Below are positions 1 to 13,113 of a stretch of DNA of 64,000 bases, one piece after another. The position numbers and the translations under genes were made by a program. The DNA comes from Eledone cirrhosa. Lineage: Eukaryota. The stretch lies in NCBI GenBank assembly GCA_964016885.1, contig OZ024740.1:289540001-289604000 (forward strand). Reading direction: 5' to 3'. The notes beneath the pieces were generated by a model. The model had not been told where the DNA came from. It worked only from the letters and a program-made list of their open reading frames with translations, and made no database searches. Numbering within the stretch: the stretch's first letter is position 1; each line of letters begins with the position of its first letter.

Positions 1-252
1 GTGTGTGTGTCTGTGTGTGTATACATGTGTGTAAATATCACTCTCTTTGCATCACGATGGTAGTACTTTACCAGCGGCATATCGACATACTAACATAACT
101 GGTTCAGGTAATTGTGTTAGCATCCTATGATATAACGTAGGTGTCTATTAATGATGTAACCAATGCATAATTACTAACCATTATATCATTGAAATACATA
201 TAATGCAATAGAACAAATATTTAAACATATCATCATTTCTTAACATTATTTC

Positions 253-317
<65 letters not shown>

Positions 318-324
318 TACATAC

Positions 325-428
<104 letters not shown>

Positions 429-542
429 GCTTGCTTACAAAACCCAAAATGTAAGAGTTCAAACTAATGAACTCATAAAACTTTGATTTGGAAGCGAATT
501 GTAACCATAAAACTGTTCTGCATGAACTAGTAAATGAGTAAA

Positions 543-605
<63 letters not shown>

Positions 606-1187
606 CAGAATTGAATATATGTGAGGGATGAACACTGCTAGAAGTATACATGTGTTCCAATTATAAATGACCAAGTTACCTAGGTTGAAAAAATACTAAT
701 TTAAAACAATATCGTTTGCCTGTCTCAATTTAAAGTGATAAATTAATAAAAATAACAAACCTATATTGGGCAACTGCCTTCGATACCCGGACAGATCTAA
801 AATCTTTTCGCAAGAATTATTAAGTGAAAGCCACCATTCCTGTGCTCTTCTGCGGGTATCCAGGAAATTCGTACCTTTCACTTCAAAAGATCTAAGAAGA
901 CTGAAGTATGTGTTCATATAAAAGCATAAGTTGCAGCGCCTATATATTTGTTTTGCGAGGTTTTTGATATGAATTCGTGTGTCGAAACAAATATTGTTAT
1001 ACTTGGGGAGGGTCATATTGTTGTAATAATATTGCCAGAATTAATAACAGAACACACTCACTGTTTAGTTGGTTTTCGCTTCTGTATCTTTTATATCAGT
1101 TAATTCATTCGGTCCTCAATGTTTACCATTGACTGACCAACGGTCAAAAATACAGATATAATATAGATATAAACACATATATATAGT

Positions 1188-1234
1188 CTAACAAAGTTCT
1201 TTCGTTGCACATCTGCAATATCGTCAGTGGTGCT
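1188..1234 (-). ncRNA. Minimal type I hammerhead ribozyme, stem I degenerate
   Basis: Minus strand CTGACGA-ta-ttgca gatg tgcaa-c-GAAA-gaac-TT. Confidence 0.55.
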
Positions 1235-1519
1235 ATTATGTTCCTCCTTATGTATTGTATATTTACGCCATCTTTATTTAATCTGTTTATTTATTTATTT
1301 TTGTCTTCTTCTCTGCGCATGCGTTTGCGTGTGTGTATAGTGTTTTGTTTGATGTGTGTTCGTGATTGGGTGACTGTGTTTTGGTTATTGTATTCTATCT
1401 TAGTTTACTAGTGTGTGCTTATATGTGTTTGTTGTTATTGTGCTTGTGTATTTATTTATTTATTTATTTATATTTCTCTTAGGTCAGTATTGTTTGTTTT
1501 GGTGTTGTTGTTATTCCAT

Positions 1520-2360
1520 TCATATTTTTCTGTTTAGCTTTGGCCTTCTAAATTCTATTTCACTTGCCTCTCTGATTTGCTTATCTCCTGGGTCATTTCT
1601 ATTTTTAGATATTATTTTAATTTCTATGTTGTCTATGTTACCATCATCTTGTTGTCTGGCGTATTTGTATAGTACTGAACCGTTTTTTCGTCCTTTTAGT
1701 TCACCCCAGTGTTGGTCTATCCTTTCACCTATGCTACGAGTTGTCTCACCTATGTATGTTGTTGTCATGTTTCTGCAAGTACCCTCTGTACATCTTATGC
1801 TATTGACTACGTTTCTAGTTTTACATATAATACATTTCCTATTAGTACAGTGGGTTTTCTTACATGGGTATGTTTTGCTGATCAGGGATTTTATGGTAGT
1901 TCCTGGCTTTTCTACCACCTTAATCTCTAAGTGGGTCTTTCTCAGGGCCTTTCTACACTGGTTAGCTAATTTCCCCCCAGGGTTGCGTCCACGAACACGT
2001 CATCCTGGTATCTCTGGTTGTCGTACCATGAGGTGGCTTTCCCTATCTTATGTTTAGTCCTATCTAAGCTATTCCATGATTTGCTCCTGTATAAAAAGCA
2101 AATCCCTTTCATGTCCAGTTCTATGAGGGTTTTATACTTCTCTGTGGCTCCTTCGTATAGTCTGATTCTGTTTCTTTGGTTGTAGCCAGAGAACTGTATG
2201 CGGTTGATGAAGTGTTGGATGTGTATTTCCATTTCTGTTGGGTCGCACATGCGGGACACGTTCTTCATCACTCGTACAAAGTCTGCGATCAGAATATTAA
2301 ACTTAGCACTACTGGACATTGCTGAGTTTTTGAGTATCAGGTATTTGGAGGCAATGGGTT
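1520..2360 (-). pseudogene. PLE RT-thumb/linker + GIY-YIG endonuclease remnant (Neptune-like Cys linker)
   Basis: ORFs 1966-2319 and 1520-1918: FVDAT.GG, CTNRKCIIC, VVNSIRC...YIGETTRSIGERIDQH, IREASEI..RRPKLN. Confidence 0.85.
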
Positions 2361-2503
2361 TAGCCAGTCAATGGTAAACATTGAGGACTGAATGAATCAA
2401 CTGATATAAAAGATACAGAAGCGAAAACCAACGAAACAGTGAGTGTGTTCTGTTATTAATTCTGGCAATATTATTACAACAATATGACCCTCCCCAAGTA
2501 TAA

Positions 2504-2617
<114 letters not shown>

Positions 2618-2629
2618 ATATATATATAA

Positions 2630-3239
2630 GAAAGTAAGTCGATAGAATCATTAGATAACATATATACAGTATTTCTTCTCCCAATCAGCATAATCAACCA
2701 TACAAAAAATCATTTAAACGAGGCTATAAGTTTAAAATATACTTGTGAAGAAATAATAGATAAATAAATGATACCTTTCTATCCGCGATTCACAGCCACA
2801 GAAAATTTACCTAGTATTTCTGATAGCCTGTAGAAATTGACTAGACATATAGCTAACCATACATAATTAGGTACAAAATCAAAGTTAGAAGAAAAAATGT
2901 ACATAACCATACCAAAATCGTCAAAATATATCTCTACCCCCGGGGTTTCATTCTCTTTTTGGATATATCCGATCTTGGATAAATCAACGAGTTTGGAAAT
3001 CATCAGGAGATAAACTCAATTGGACAAAGATTTTTCTTAAATGATCCCCGCCAGAAACGAATTCAAAATGGCTAAGAATTGTCACGTGGCCAGTGGTCAA
3101 GTCAGAAAGCTTGTGATTGGTGCCTGTAGGCTAGTAGGCTGGTTGCTGGAAAGTGCACCCGAAACTGCCTAAAGTCTCACTCAACCTTACGGGAGTATAT
3201 AAAATTTAAAAGTTTACATATTCACATAAACTAGACAGA

Positions 3240-3240
<1 letters not shown>
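2630..3240 (-). repeat. Unclassified dispersed repeat, (TA)n-flanked
   Basis: Reverse-complement similarity to 49600-49990; terminal part also at 35094-35212 and 41460-41540. Confidence 0.65.
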
Positions 3241-3275
<35 letters not shown>

Positions 3276-3310
3276 TTTGGCAACCATTCACGGTGTGGCT
3301 AAATGACGAA

Positions 3311-3342
<32 letters not shown>

Positions 3343-3347
<5 letters not shown>

Positions 3348-3722
3348 GTATTAAATAAATGGAAACAATATTTATAAAACCATATTTATTTTATTATATA
3401 TATTTCAAGGGCACCAAAATACTTTGGTACGCTTTCTTCAGATAAAATACAAATTTTGTTTTATAAATAGAGACATACCCAGGAAAATCATATCATACCT
3501 TATCAGTTGAATATTCCCTGGATAGTATTTTATCTGAAGATAGCGTACCAAAGTGTGTTGGTGCCCTTGAAATATATATGATAAAATAAATATGGTTTTA
3601 TAAATATAGTTTCCATTTATTTAATATCATTGAATATTTACTCCAGAAAACTGTCGAGTGCTCTGAATCAGTTATAACCATTTATATTTGTCGGATTTCC
3701 AACAAATTAAATATCCCTTCTA

Positions 3723-3725
<3 letters not shown>
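3343..3725 (+). mobile_element. Palindromic mini-PLE derivative with a hammerhead in each arm
   Basis: Arms 3343-3450 / 3525-3632; tattttat-CTGAAGA-stem II-GAAA-tatata-TA-ataaaata (minus 3387-3449; the plus copy 3526-3588 has G at the cleavage position); (TA)n flanks. Confidence 0.85.
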
Positions 3726-3797
<72 letters not shown>

Positions 3798-3810
3798 CTT
3801 CTGCTTATAT

Positions 3811-5151
3811 ATTTTCTTCCTTTCTCACATTTGGATTCATCTCGAAAGGTCTTTTTTCTAAGCGCTCATATATTCACCTAGCTTATGCTAACAGAATAAC
3901 TATGTAGCTTGTTCCCTTCCTCTCTACGGTTAGCTCTCTTTGTTGTTTACTTGTCTCACTCGCTTTACGCGTTTTAATTGTCCTAATAACTTAATTTAGT
4001 TATTATTGCACCGACGTGAGGTATATGATTTTTAATACAATGGAATATCTATGATCGTCGGCAAATCACTGATGAGGGACTCATTTTATTACATGTTATC
4101 CATGTGCAACCTGCAGTATTCTTCTCCCCATTTTTTCACATATATTTACCTAAACTGCGATTCTGTTTTTTTCTCTCTCTCTCTTACTGCTCCCTCGTTC
4201 TCTATGTTTCTCCTACTTTCTTTCGCCCCCTCTGTCATGTCAGTTAACTCTTCCTCACACTTCCACTCACTCACTCACTGTTTCTCCCCTTCTCACTTCA
4301 CCCCGTTCGCGACGAAAACATTTTCTTCCTTTCTCACATTTGGATTCATCTCGAAAGGTCTTTTTTCTAAACGCTCATATATTCACCTAGCTTATGCTAA
4401 CAGAATAACTATGTAGGTTGTTCCCTTCCTCTCTACGGTTAGCTGTCTTTGTTGTTTACTTGTCTCACTCGCTTTACGCGTTTTAATTGTCCTAATAACT
4501 TAATTTAGTTATTATTGCACCGACGTGAGGTATATGATTTTTAATGCAATGAAATATCTATGATCGTCGGCAAATCACTGATGAGGGACTCATTTTATTA
4601 CATGTTATCCATGTGCAACCTGCAGTATTCTTCTCCCCATTTTTCCACATATATTTACCTAAACTGCGATTCTGTTTTGTTCTCTCTCTCTCTTACTGCT
4701 CCCTCGTTCTCTATGTTTCTCCTACTTTCTTTCGCCCCCTCTGTCATGTCAGTTAACTCTTCCTCACACTTCCACTCACTCACTCACTGTTTCTCCCCTT
4801 CTCACTTCACCCCGTTCGCGACGAAAAAATTTTCTTCCTTTCTCACATTTGGATTCATCTCGAAAGGTCTTTTTTCTAAGCGCTCATATATTCACCTAGC
4901 TTATGCTAACAGAATAACTATGTAGGTTGTTCCCTTCCTCTCTACGGTTAGCTCTCTTTGTTGTTTACTTGTCTCACTCGCTTTACGCGTTTTAATTGTC
5001 CTAATAACTTAATTTAGTTATTATTGCACCGACGTGAGGTATATGATTTTTAATGCAATGAAATATCTATGATCGTCGGCAAATCACTGATGAGGGACTC
5101 ATTTTATTACATGTTATCCATGTGCAACCTGCAGTATTCTTCTCCCCATTT

Positions 5152-5156
<5 letters not shown>
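3811..5156. repeat. 509-bp tandem repeat, ~2.6 near-identical copies, between microsatellites
   Basis: Identical ORF starts at 4051, 4560, 5069 give a period of 509. Confidence 0.95.
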
Positions 5157-5230
<74 letters not shown>

Positions 5231-5599
5231 CAAGAAGCTCTAAGAAAAATGAACAAATGATTCAGTAGTGCAGCAGGAGAAACATGTGATCATTTTGGGG
5301 GCTTTGGTTGTTAAAAATTAACATTTTCTTGGTCACGTTTAAGGGCAGATGACATGGAATCGAGCATTTTGTTAAGAAAAAAGAATGGTTCAAAGTGGGA
5401 AAGACGACTACAAATGAAATGGCTAGGTGTGGTTAAAGGAATAGTAACTATCATTTGGATATGCCATCTTCAGTTCCGTCAGTATTATATTGATGGAATT
5501 GAAGACAGCATAGTCAAGTGATCTTCAGGAGTCGAACAGGAACACTTTTGATATCAAACAGCCTCAAACTATCTTTAGTTCTATGATACAAAATGTTTA

Positions 5600-5912
5600 T
5601 ATTGGCAGAGTCGTTAAATCATCGGAAAGAATGGTTTGTGGCATTCCTTCTGATTCTTTGCGCCCGGGTCAACTTAACCCTTTGTCGTTGATAAATAATT
5701 TACCACTCCATTACCGAGGTTGTTTCCCTCTCTCTCACTCTTTATCTCTCTCTTCCGACTCTTTAGGTTCAAATCCCGCCGAGGTCAGATTTTCCTTTCA
5801 CATTTCCGGTGTTCATAAAATTCAGTACAAGTCAAATACTAGGGATAATATAATCGACCTTCTCTTCCTCTTAAAATTACTGGCCTTGTGGCTAAGGTAG
5901 AAACTATTATTA
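5600..5912 (+). mobile_element. Diverged tRNA-derived SINE(s)
   Basis: attggcagagtcgtta head, ggttcaaatcccgccgaggtc B-box, ggccttgtggctaaggtagaaactattatt tail. Confidence 0.7.
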
Positions 5913-5920
5913 TATGTGTG

Positions 5921-6105
5921 AATTGGCAGTATCGGTAGAGGGTTGGACGCCATGCTTTCTAGCATAGTTACGTCCCTTTACAGTCTGAGTTCAAATCCCG
6001 CCGAGGTTAACTTTGCCTTTCATCCTTACGGGGTCGATAAAATAAAGTACCAGTAATGTACTGGATAACTGCTGGCCTTGTGCCTAAAGTAGAAACAATT
6101 ATTAT
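5921..6105 (+). mobile_element. tRNA-derived SINE (Meta-domain-like core)
   Basis: A box tggcagtatcgg, B box gagttcaaatcc, core gcctttcatccttacggggtcgataaaataaagtaccag; near-identical to 45593, 50316, 62960. Confidence 0.9.
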
Positions 6106-6578
6106 ATGTATCGAATCATTATATGCAAACTGTCCTTTTATCTAGTAACCATATTTACACATTCAACCTATCCAATTAAGATCTATAAACTGTATCTGTA
6201 TTTCAATGAACACTTCTATAGTATTACTGCCTGTACGGCCAACATATACGGTCTATCTATCCAGTCAGTCTTCACTTAGCTTGTTGCTTTTCTATCCAGT
6301 AAGTATCCACGTTGTGTTTAAATCACGAAATCAACACATTTATATTGTAACTATCTAATCAACACATACATGTTATGACGAACTAGCTTATGATTTATTC
6401 CTCTTTCGAATAAAATATTACACTTTCTTAATGGAACGGCAAGCATTAAATCACATTTCTTAATGGCACTGTCAGTTATCTCTCATTTTCATATGCAGGC
6501 GTACATACATATATTTATGCAGCTTATGCTTGAAGGCAACACTTCACATAGCTAGTCATGACTATAGGAAGCAACTTG

Positions 6579-6615
<37 letters not shown>

Positions 6616-6617
<2 letters not shown>

Positions 6618-7310
6618 TTTCTGAATTTGTTTAGCAAGATTCTTTATCTGAAATCGTGTGTTGAAACCGATATTGTTATACTTTGGGAGGGTCATGTTGC
6701 CAATAAGAAACACACGCACCAGTTGCTTTCACTTCAATTTATTATAATAAATTTATAAATTTAGGAATTTCTGGTTGGTTGGTTGGATTCCACAACCAGA
6801 TAGTTGTTTATATATATTCATAGTTCTTTAGTCACACACTCTGTGACCTCTTCAGTGACTGGGGATTCCTTTCTTTGTTTCTGTGCCTCTCCTTTGTTCT
6901 GTCCTACGCCATTTTGTTTCTGTGTGTGTGTTGTGTGCTCAGTCTGCGCATGCGCCACATCCGGGTGTCTGTGTGTGTTTATGTTCATTTATTTATTTGT
7001 TTATTTACATGTTACTGGTTGGTTGTTTGTTCTATGTGTGTGTGTGTTTTCATTTTGTCCTTAATTGTAAGTTGTCATGTTGCTGTTCCACTCATATTTT
7101 CTAAACAAAGAAAGGAATCCCCAGTCACTGAAGAGGTCACAGAGTGTGTGACGAAAGAACTATGACTATATATAAACAACTATCTGGTTGTGGAACCAAC
7201 CAACCAACCAGAAATTTATAAATTTATAAATTTATTATAATAAATTGAAGTGAAAGCAACTGGTGCGTGTGTTTCTTATTGGCAACATGACCCTCCCAAA
7301 GTATAACAAT
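6616..7310 (-). mobile_element. Palindromic mini-PLE derivative with hammerheads
   Basis: Arms 6670-6880 / 7103-7310; plus-strand HHR 7123-7167 agtca-CTGAAGA-g-gtcac..gtgac-GAAA-gaac-TA-tgact; same terminus as the element at 991/2509. Confidence 0.85.
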
Positions 7311-7745
7311 ATATATATATATATATACCAACACGACGACGACGACAACGACGACCACGACCACCACCACAACCACAACCACCACCACCACCACCACCAC
7401 CACCATCACCACTTCCATATATATATACATATTAAATGTAATCTGAGTTTTTTCGAATATTAATAATAATATTCGATTCGTTGGCAATTATGCAAACAAG
7501 CCTCATTTTTAAAGCCATGTCAGTAGAATGAACCCTTCATTCTTGCTCTTGTGTTGGCATGTAAACAGAACTGCAGACACTAATGTTCTGGGTATTACCC
7601 TCCATCAGTACAGTTCACTGTTCACTTGCCAACTGTCAGAGCTAGTGAAAATATATGATATTTTCTAAAATATACGGCGACTGAGGTAAAGTGTCAGGAC
7701 CCCGGCGGCTGAGCTCCTGCCGTTTCGATAGCCATATATATATAT

Positions 7746-7778
<33 letters not shown>

Positions 7779-8324
7779 CATACATGTGTGTGTGTGTGTG
7801 TGTGTGTGAGTCTCGTGTTCAATCAATCGCGAGTAACCACAGTAAGTAAGGTACTCAATACATTAGTAGAGTGTAAACATCCTGTTCAATATAGAATTAT
7901 TAATGGTGACGACCATTGTCATATAAGTCACGTTATGAATCCTGACCACAATAACCACGTAATGATATGTACACCTATAGTCATTATTTATGCTCACGAT
8001 CCTCTTTGAGACTCTACAAAGCCAAGCTGAAGTTCAGAAATACATTCAATACTCAACTCGTGCGGACATTAATGCATTAACCTTGTTTTACAGTGTATTG
8101 AGCTGTCGATCTATTCGATCGCCTCGAGAACCGATAGAAAGTCGACTAGTTTGACGTTATCAGCGATCGAATATTAACGAATACTTAACTGAAATGCAAT
8201 CACCTAATTTATGGAAAACGTATCTACTATTGTATTTTGCTGCAATTACCACTCAACAACAATTAGTTATGGCGGAGGATAATTGATCGGTCGAAATAAT
8301 TCAAAGAAACCATTACCGCTAGTA

Positions 8325-8905
8325 TAACCACACAACCGCCGTCAACCTCGCCACCAACACGACGACGACGACAACGACGACCACAACCACCACGACAACC
8401 ACAACCACCACCACCACCATCACCACAACCACCGCCGCCACTACTACCACCACCACCAACACCACCACCATCACCACCGCTACCAACACAATGACGACGA
8501 CGACGACGACCACCACCACCACCACCACCATCACACCACCACCACCAACACCATTACCACTACCACCGCCTCCACCGCCACCACCACCACCACCACCAAC
8601 ACCACTACCACCACCATCACACCACCACCACCAACACCACTACCACCACCACTACCACCACCACCACCACAACTACCACCACCATCACCACCACCAAGAC
8701 CACTACCACCACAACCACTACTACCCCCCCCCCCCCCCCCACCCCCCACCCCGCGCCACTACCACCACTACTACCCCCCGCGCCACTACCAACACCACCA
8801 CCACCAACACCACAAACAACAACGCAACCACCACCAGCACCACCACCAGCACCACCAGCACCACCACCACGCCACCACCATCTCAAACAACAACAACAAC
8901 AACTA
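8325..8905. repeat. Imperfect (CAC/ACC)n trinucleotide microsatellite
   Basis: Directly visible. Confidence 0.95.
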
Positions 8906-9228
8906 AGCAACGACCACTCTTAATATCACTATCATCATTGACAATACTAGCATTATAACCACCGGCTATTATTGTCTCAAAAAGTCATTCTTATAGTCGT
9001 ATTAGTTACTAAAAAAGTATAATGGATTCACAAAGATCGAAGGTTCTGCATAGTGTAGTGAATAAATTATTGGACGTTAGTCCTTCATATCAGGATATAG
9101 AATGAGGAATTAAAGGAGAAATAGAAAGATTGAGAAAACGTATTGTGGCAGAAACGAAAAAAGAAAAATATTTGTAGAGAAAACACAGGTCTATCCATGT
9201 CGCCATCTCTAGGAAAACTGTGGTATGC

Positions 9229-9259
<31 letters not shown>

Positions 9260-9315
9260 AAAGGTATATATATATATATGTATGTAAAAGGTATATATAT
9301 ATATATATGTATGTA

Positions 9316-9350
<35 letters not shown>

Positions 9351-9351
<1 letters not shown>

Positions 9352-10520
9352 CAACTAGAAATTGATTAACATATAAATAAAGATATGAAACAATCACAGG
9401 GGATAATTTTTACAAGTGTGTAAGCACACACAGCTAGGTAGGTAACTAAATAAAGTTAACTAGAACTTCAAAAATAGATACCTTATAATATGATTAATCT
9501 TCCCTGTATATATTCCATTAAAGAAATATATTTCACCAATTAATCGAATGGTAAACAGACGGATGCCGATACTTGGATTTTCAACAAGGAAGAAGTCCGG
9601 CTGTCTGTGTTTACGCATTAAGTTCAAATCAGCGACTGGCCAGTAACACGTGTTGTATCTACTAAAAATACACACATTATACCAGCTTGTCCCAGTGGCG
9701 TGAATAGGTATAGAAAACGATATATAAATACGCCTCCTTAATTGTAGAGCTAACTCTATTGAAAGGACTTGACTGCTGTTTCTAGTTGTCGATAACTCAA
9801 TTTATAGTTGTTATAAATTGCTCGGACCTATTCATTAGAATCTTGGAGCTTATTTTACGGGTGATATGGCGCATGCCTTGTGGCATGACACCCACAATTT
9901 TGATTTAGATTAAATTCATTTTGATTTATCTTAATTTTGGATATAGATATATAAATACGGCTCCTTAATTGTAGAGCTAACTCTGTTGAAAGGACTTGAC
10001 TGTTGTTTCTAGTTGTCGATAACTCTATTCACGCCACTGGGACGAAGCTGGTATAATGTGTGTATTTTTAGTAGATACAACACGTGTTACTGGCCAGTCG
10101 CTGATTTGAACTTAATGCGTAAACACAGACAGCCGGACTTCTTCCTTGTTGAAAATCCAAGTACCGGCCTCCATGGTTTACCATTCGATTAATTGGTGAA
10201 ATATATTTCTTTAATGGAATACATACAGGGAAGATTAATCATATTATAAGGTATCTATTTTTGAAGTTCTAGTTAACTTTATTTAGTTACCTACCTAGCT
10301 GTGTGTGCTGACACACTTGTAAAAATTATCCCCTGTGATTGTTTCATATCTTTATTTATATGTTAATCAATTTCTAGTTATTATAAAATGCTCGGACCTA
10401 TTCATTAGAATCTTGGAGCTTATTTTACGGGTGATATGAGGCATGCCTTGTGGCATGACACCCATAATTTTGATTTAGATTAAATTCATTTTGATTTATC
10501 TTAATTTTGGATATATATAT
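9351..10520. mobile_element. Rearranged (TA)n-flanked element with ~355-bp inverted arms and internal direct repeats, probably PLE pLTR-derived
   Basis: 9351-9707 is the reverse complement of 10025-10380; direct repeats 9718-9800/9946-10025 and 9803-9945/10374-10520. Confidence 0.65.
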
Positions 10521-10521
10521 A

Positions 10522-12496
10522 TAAGTATTGAAGTTTTCGTTGAAAATTGAAAAAGTCATAGGAGTGAAGAGTGCTCTATGTAAGTACCGGAGCAAAATTT
10601 AAAAACAATATAATAAACAAGACAATATAATTACCTCATTACCAGAGGTTTCCCGAATAAGACGAATACGAAAAACGTCCTCATTCGTTCATCGGACAAG
10701 GCAATTTAAAACATAGTGAAATATTTGAAAAGTCTCCTCAAGAAAGGCAAGAGTTTAACGGGCAAAAAATATATAAATAAAAGTAATGCAAGAGATATAT
10801 AAAAAAAAAGGAAATATAGTTAGGGTATGTGTATATGTATGTATATACACTCACAAATGTACATATGTGTGTATGTACAAATGCATGTGTATGGTGAAAA
10901 TGTGTGCGTAAGTACATATATGAGGGCAAGTATATTTGTGTATATGTGACCACAAATACGTATATAATATGAGTTGAAAAAGAAATTGTAAGATAATATA
11001 GTTAACACGCATCCAGATACAGGTATTAAATACACATACGAGTATGAAAGCACGCGTATAAACACACACACATGCGCGGTCACTTATATGCGGAAGATAA
11101 AGAAGGAAGTGAGTGTAATAGTAAAAAGAAGTGTCATTCTCGATATATGTATAAAAATGAAACAATATATGAGAATGAAAAAAAATTTTAAATCAAAGAG
11201 AAAGTATTCAATTAACACTAGAAAAAAGAAAACAAACATAGGTACGCACGTACACACACATATATATATATAAATATTTATACACACAAATACGTACACA
11301 CAAAAGCGCATGCATGCGTACATACATACACACGAGGCACGTATATATATATATCGCCACATGTATATATAATCACACGTACGTACGCGACTATATATAT
11401 ACATATATACATACACAGCCTAACATACGTATACATATACACACATATACATACACATACACATACATTCACCCGCATACACACACGTATAAATAAGTAT
11501 GTAAAAAACATAGATATAAAAACACACATACACACACATATATATACGTACGCACGCACACATACGGAGGCGTTCGTATACATATACAGAACGTATACAC
11601 ACATATGCACGCTCACACGCATAGATACAGATTATAAACCAGCCGTATGAATAAATGAGTACAAATATAAAATCGGCTGCGAGACAACAGAATATATCTA
11701 GAGTGGAAAACGCAAGTGAAAAGTCATATCAGGTAGTGAAAGAAAATGGGGAAGTAAAATGCGGAATGTGAAGATATTAGGTAAGTGAATAAAAAAGTAG
11801 GTGGGGGGGGGGGGGGTTACAGGTGGACGTGAAGTAAAAATAAAAATAAAAATAAAATTAAAAATAAAGTTAAGAATTAAAGTTAATCAGAAAGAGAAGT
11901 CTGTAAAGAGGATAATTTAAGGAATGTGAAGAATAAGAGTTTATGGAGGATAAGTATCTGAAAGTGAGTTAAGTTTATATGAGCTGGAAAGCAAGTGTGA
12001 TTTCATGTGTGGGCAACTGGTAAAAATTTCTGTTTTTGTATTTAGGCAGGTCTTTGGTGATTTAAGGTTCTGTAAAATCCAATATTTTTCACTTATGCAG
12101 AGTGTTCATCTTCTTGTTCCTCTTGCATATTCTTTAGATTGGTTCAAAATTGACCAATCCAATTTATATTGGATACCTTGGTCTTTCAAATCCCATATTC
12201 TGCTAGCCAGAGCTGTTGTGAATCTTTTTTCTGGATGTCGGAAAGAGGCGACATGTGAGTAATAACGCGTTTTGAATTTGTCTTGTGTCATACCCACATA
12301 TCGTTCGCTGGTGGCTGGTAGATTGTTGCTAATGATTGTCCCTTTAGCCGCATATACAATGGCTTTGGTGTTGCATTTACTTTGTAATGCGCATTCACTT
12401 TTGACTCTACAGGAGCAATTTAGATGTTTTCTGGGTGATTTCTTATTGATGATATAAGATTTAATAGGGGGACCGCAGGAGTAGCTAATTTTGACA
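10522..12496 (-). mobile_element. 5'-truncated PLE (Nematis-like CxCx5Cx5C linker + GIY-YIG) with long microsatellite-rich pLTR
   Basis: Minus ~11990-12490: CSCRVKSECALQSKC..AIVYAA..YVGMTQDKFKTRYYSH..WSIL..LCISEK; HHR at 10629-10706. Confidence 0.85.
10629..10706 (-). ncRNA. Type I hammerhead ribozyme with CCGAUGA core variant
   Basis: aattgccttgt-CCGATGA-a-cgaatgaggacg..cgtcttattcg-g-GAAA-cc tct gg-TA-atgaggtaatt; stem I is 11 bp including GU pairs. Confidence 0.75.
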
Positions 12497-13113
12497 CCTC
12501 ACTTTCTAATATATATATATATATTAGAAAGTGAGGTTTTTTTTTACAAAATGAAAAATAAACGGTGTCCTACACGAGTGAAAGTATAAGGAAAGAAGAT
12601 GAAATAGAAAAATTTATTTGTTTCCTTTACCGGTTTCACAGTTCTTCTGCTTTTCAAAAGTAGAATTGAGATGGAGGGTCTGTGGTTTTTCTCACATCTG
12701 GTTGATCTTTGAATATTACTTGTTCTATATGGAAAAAAGTGGCTAGAAATGCCAAGTTTTTTGAGAAGTAATTTGGTTGGTTGGTGAATAAGTATAATAA
12801 ATTTCGCGCCAATTCGCGTTACAAAGTTCTTCAAACAAAAATGCGCTCAGGTTGTTTTTTTCATATATGAGTGAAGTTTAGTTGGTTGATGCAGTCACGT
12901 GAATAAGCACATCAGCTTTCGCGGCAGTTTGTGTTTGAATTTCTTTTTACTTAAAAAAAGGTGGCTCACGAAGGCTTTTAAAAAAAAAAAATGTAATTTG
13001 ATTGGTTATAAATGAAATTATGACTGTCACGTTAACAAGTACATTAAATTTCGAGCCCGTATTTTGGAATTTGTTTATAGCCATTTAGAGAATTTTGTGC
13101 CAAACAAAAGATA

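Noticed and set aside
4051-5260. Repeated 121-aa ORF
   Set aside because: Low-complexity S/F/L product of the pyrimidine-rich 509-bp repeat; no recognisable domain
5921-6010. tRNA genes at A/B-box motifs
   Set aside because: They are SINE heads with shared body, tail and TSDs; no full cloverleaf
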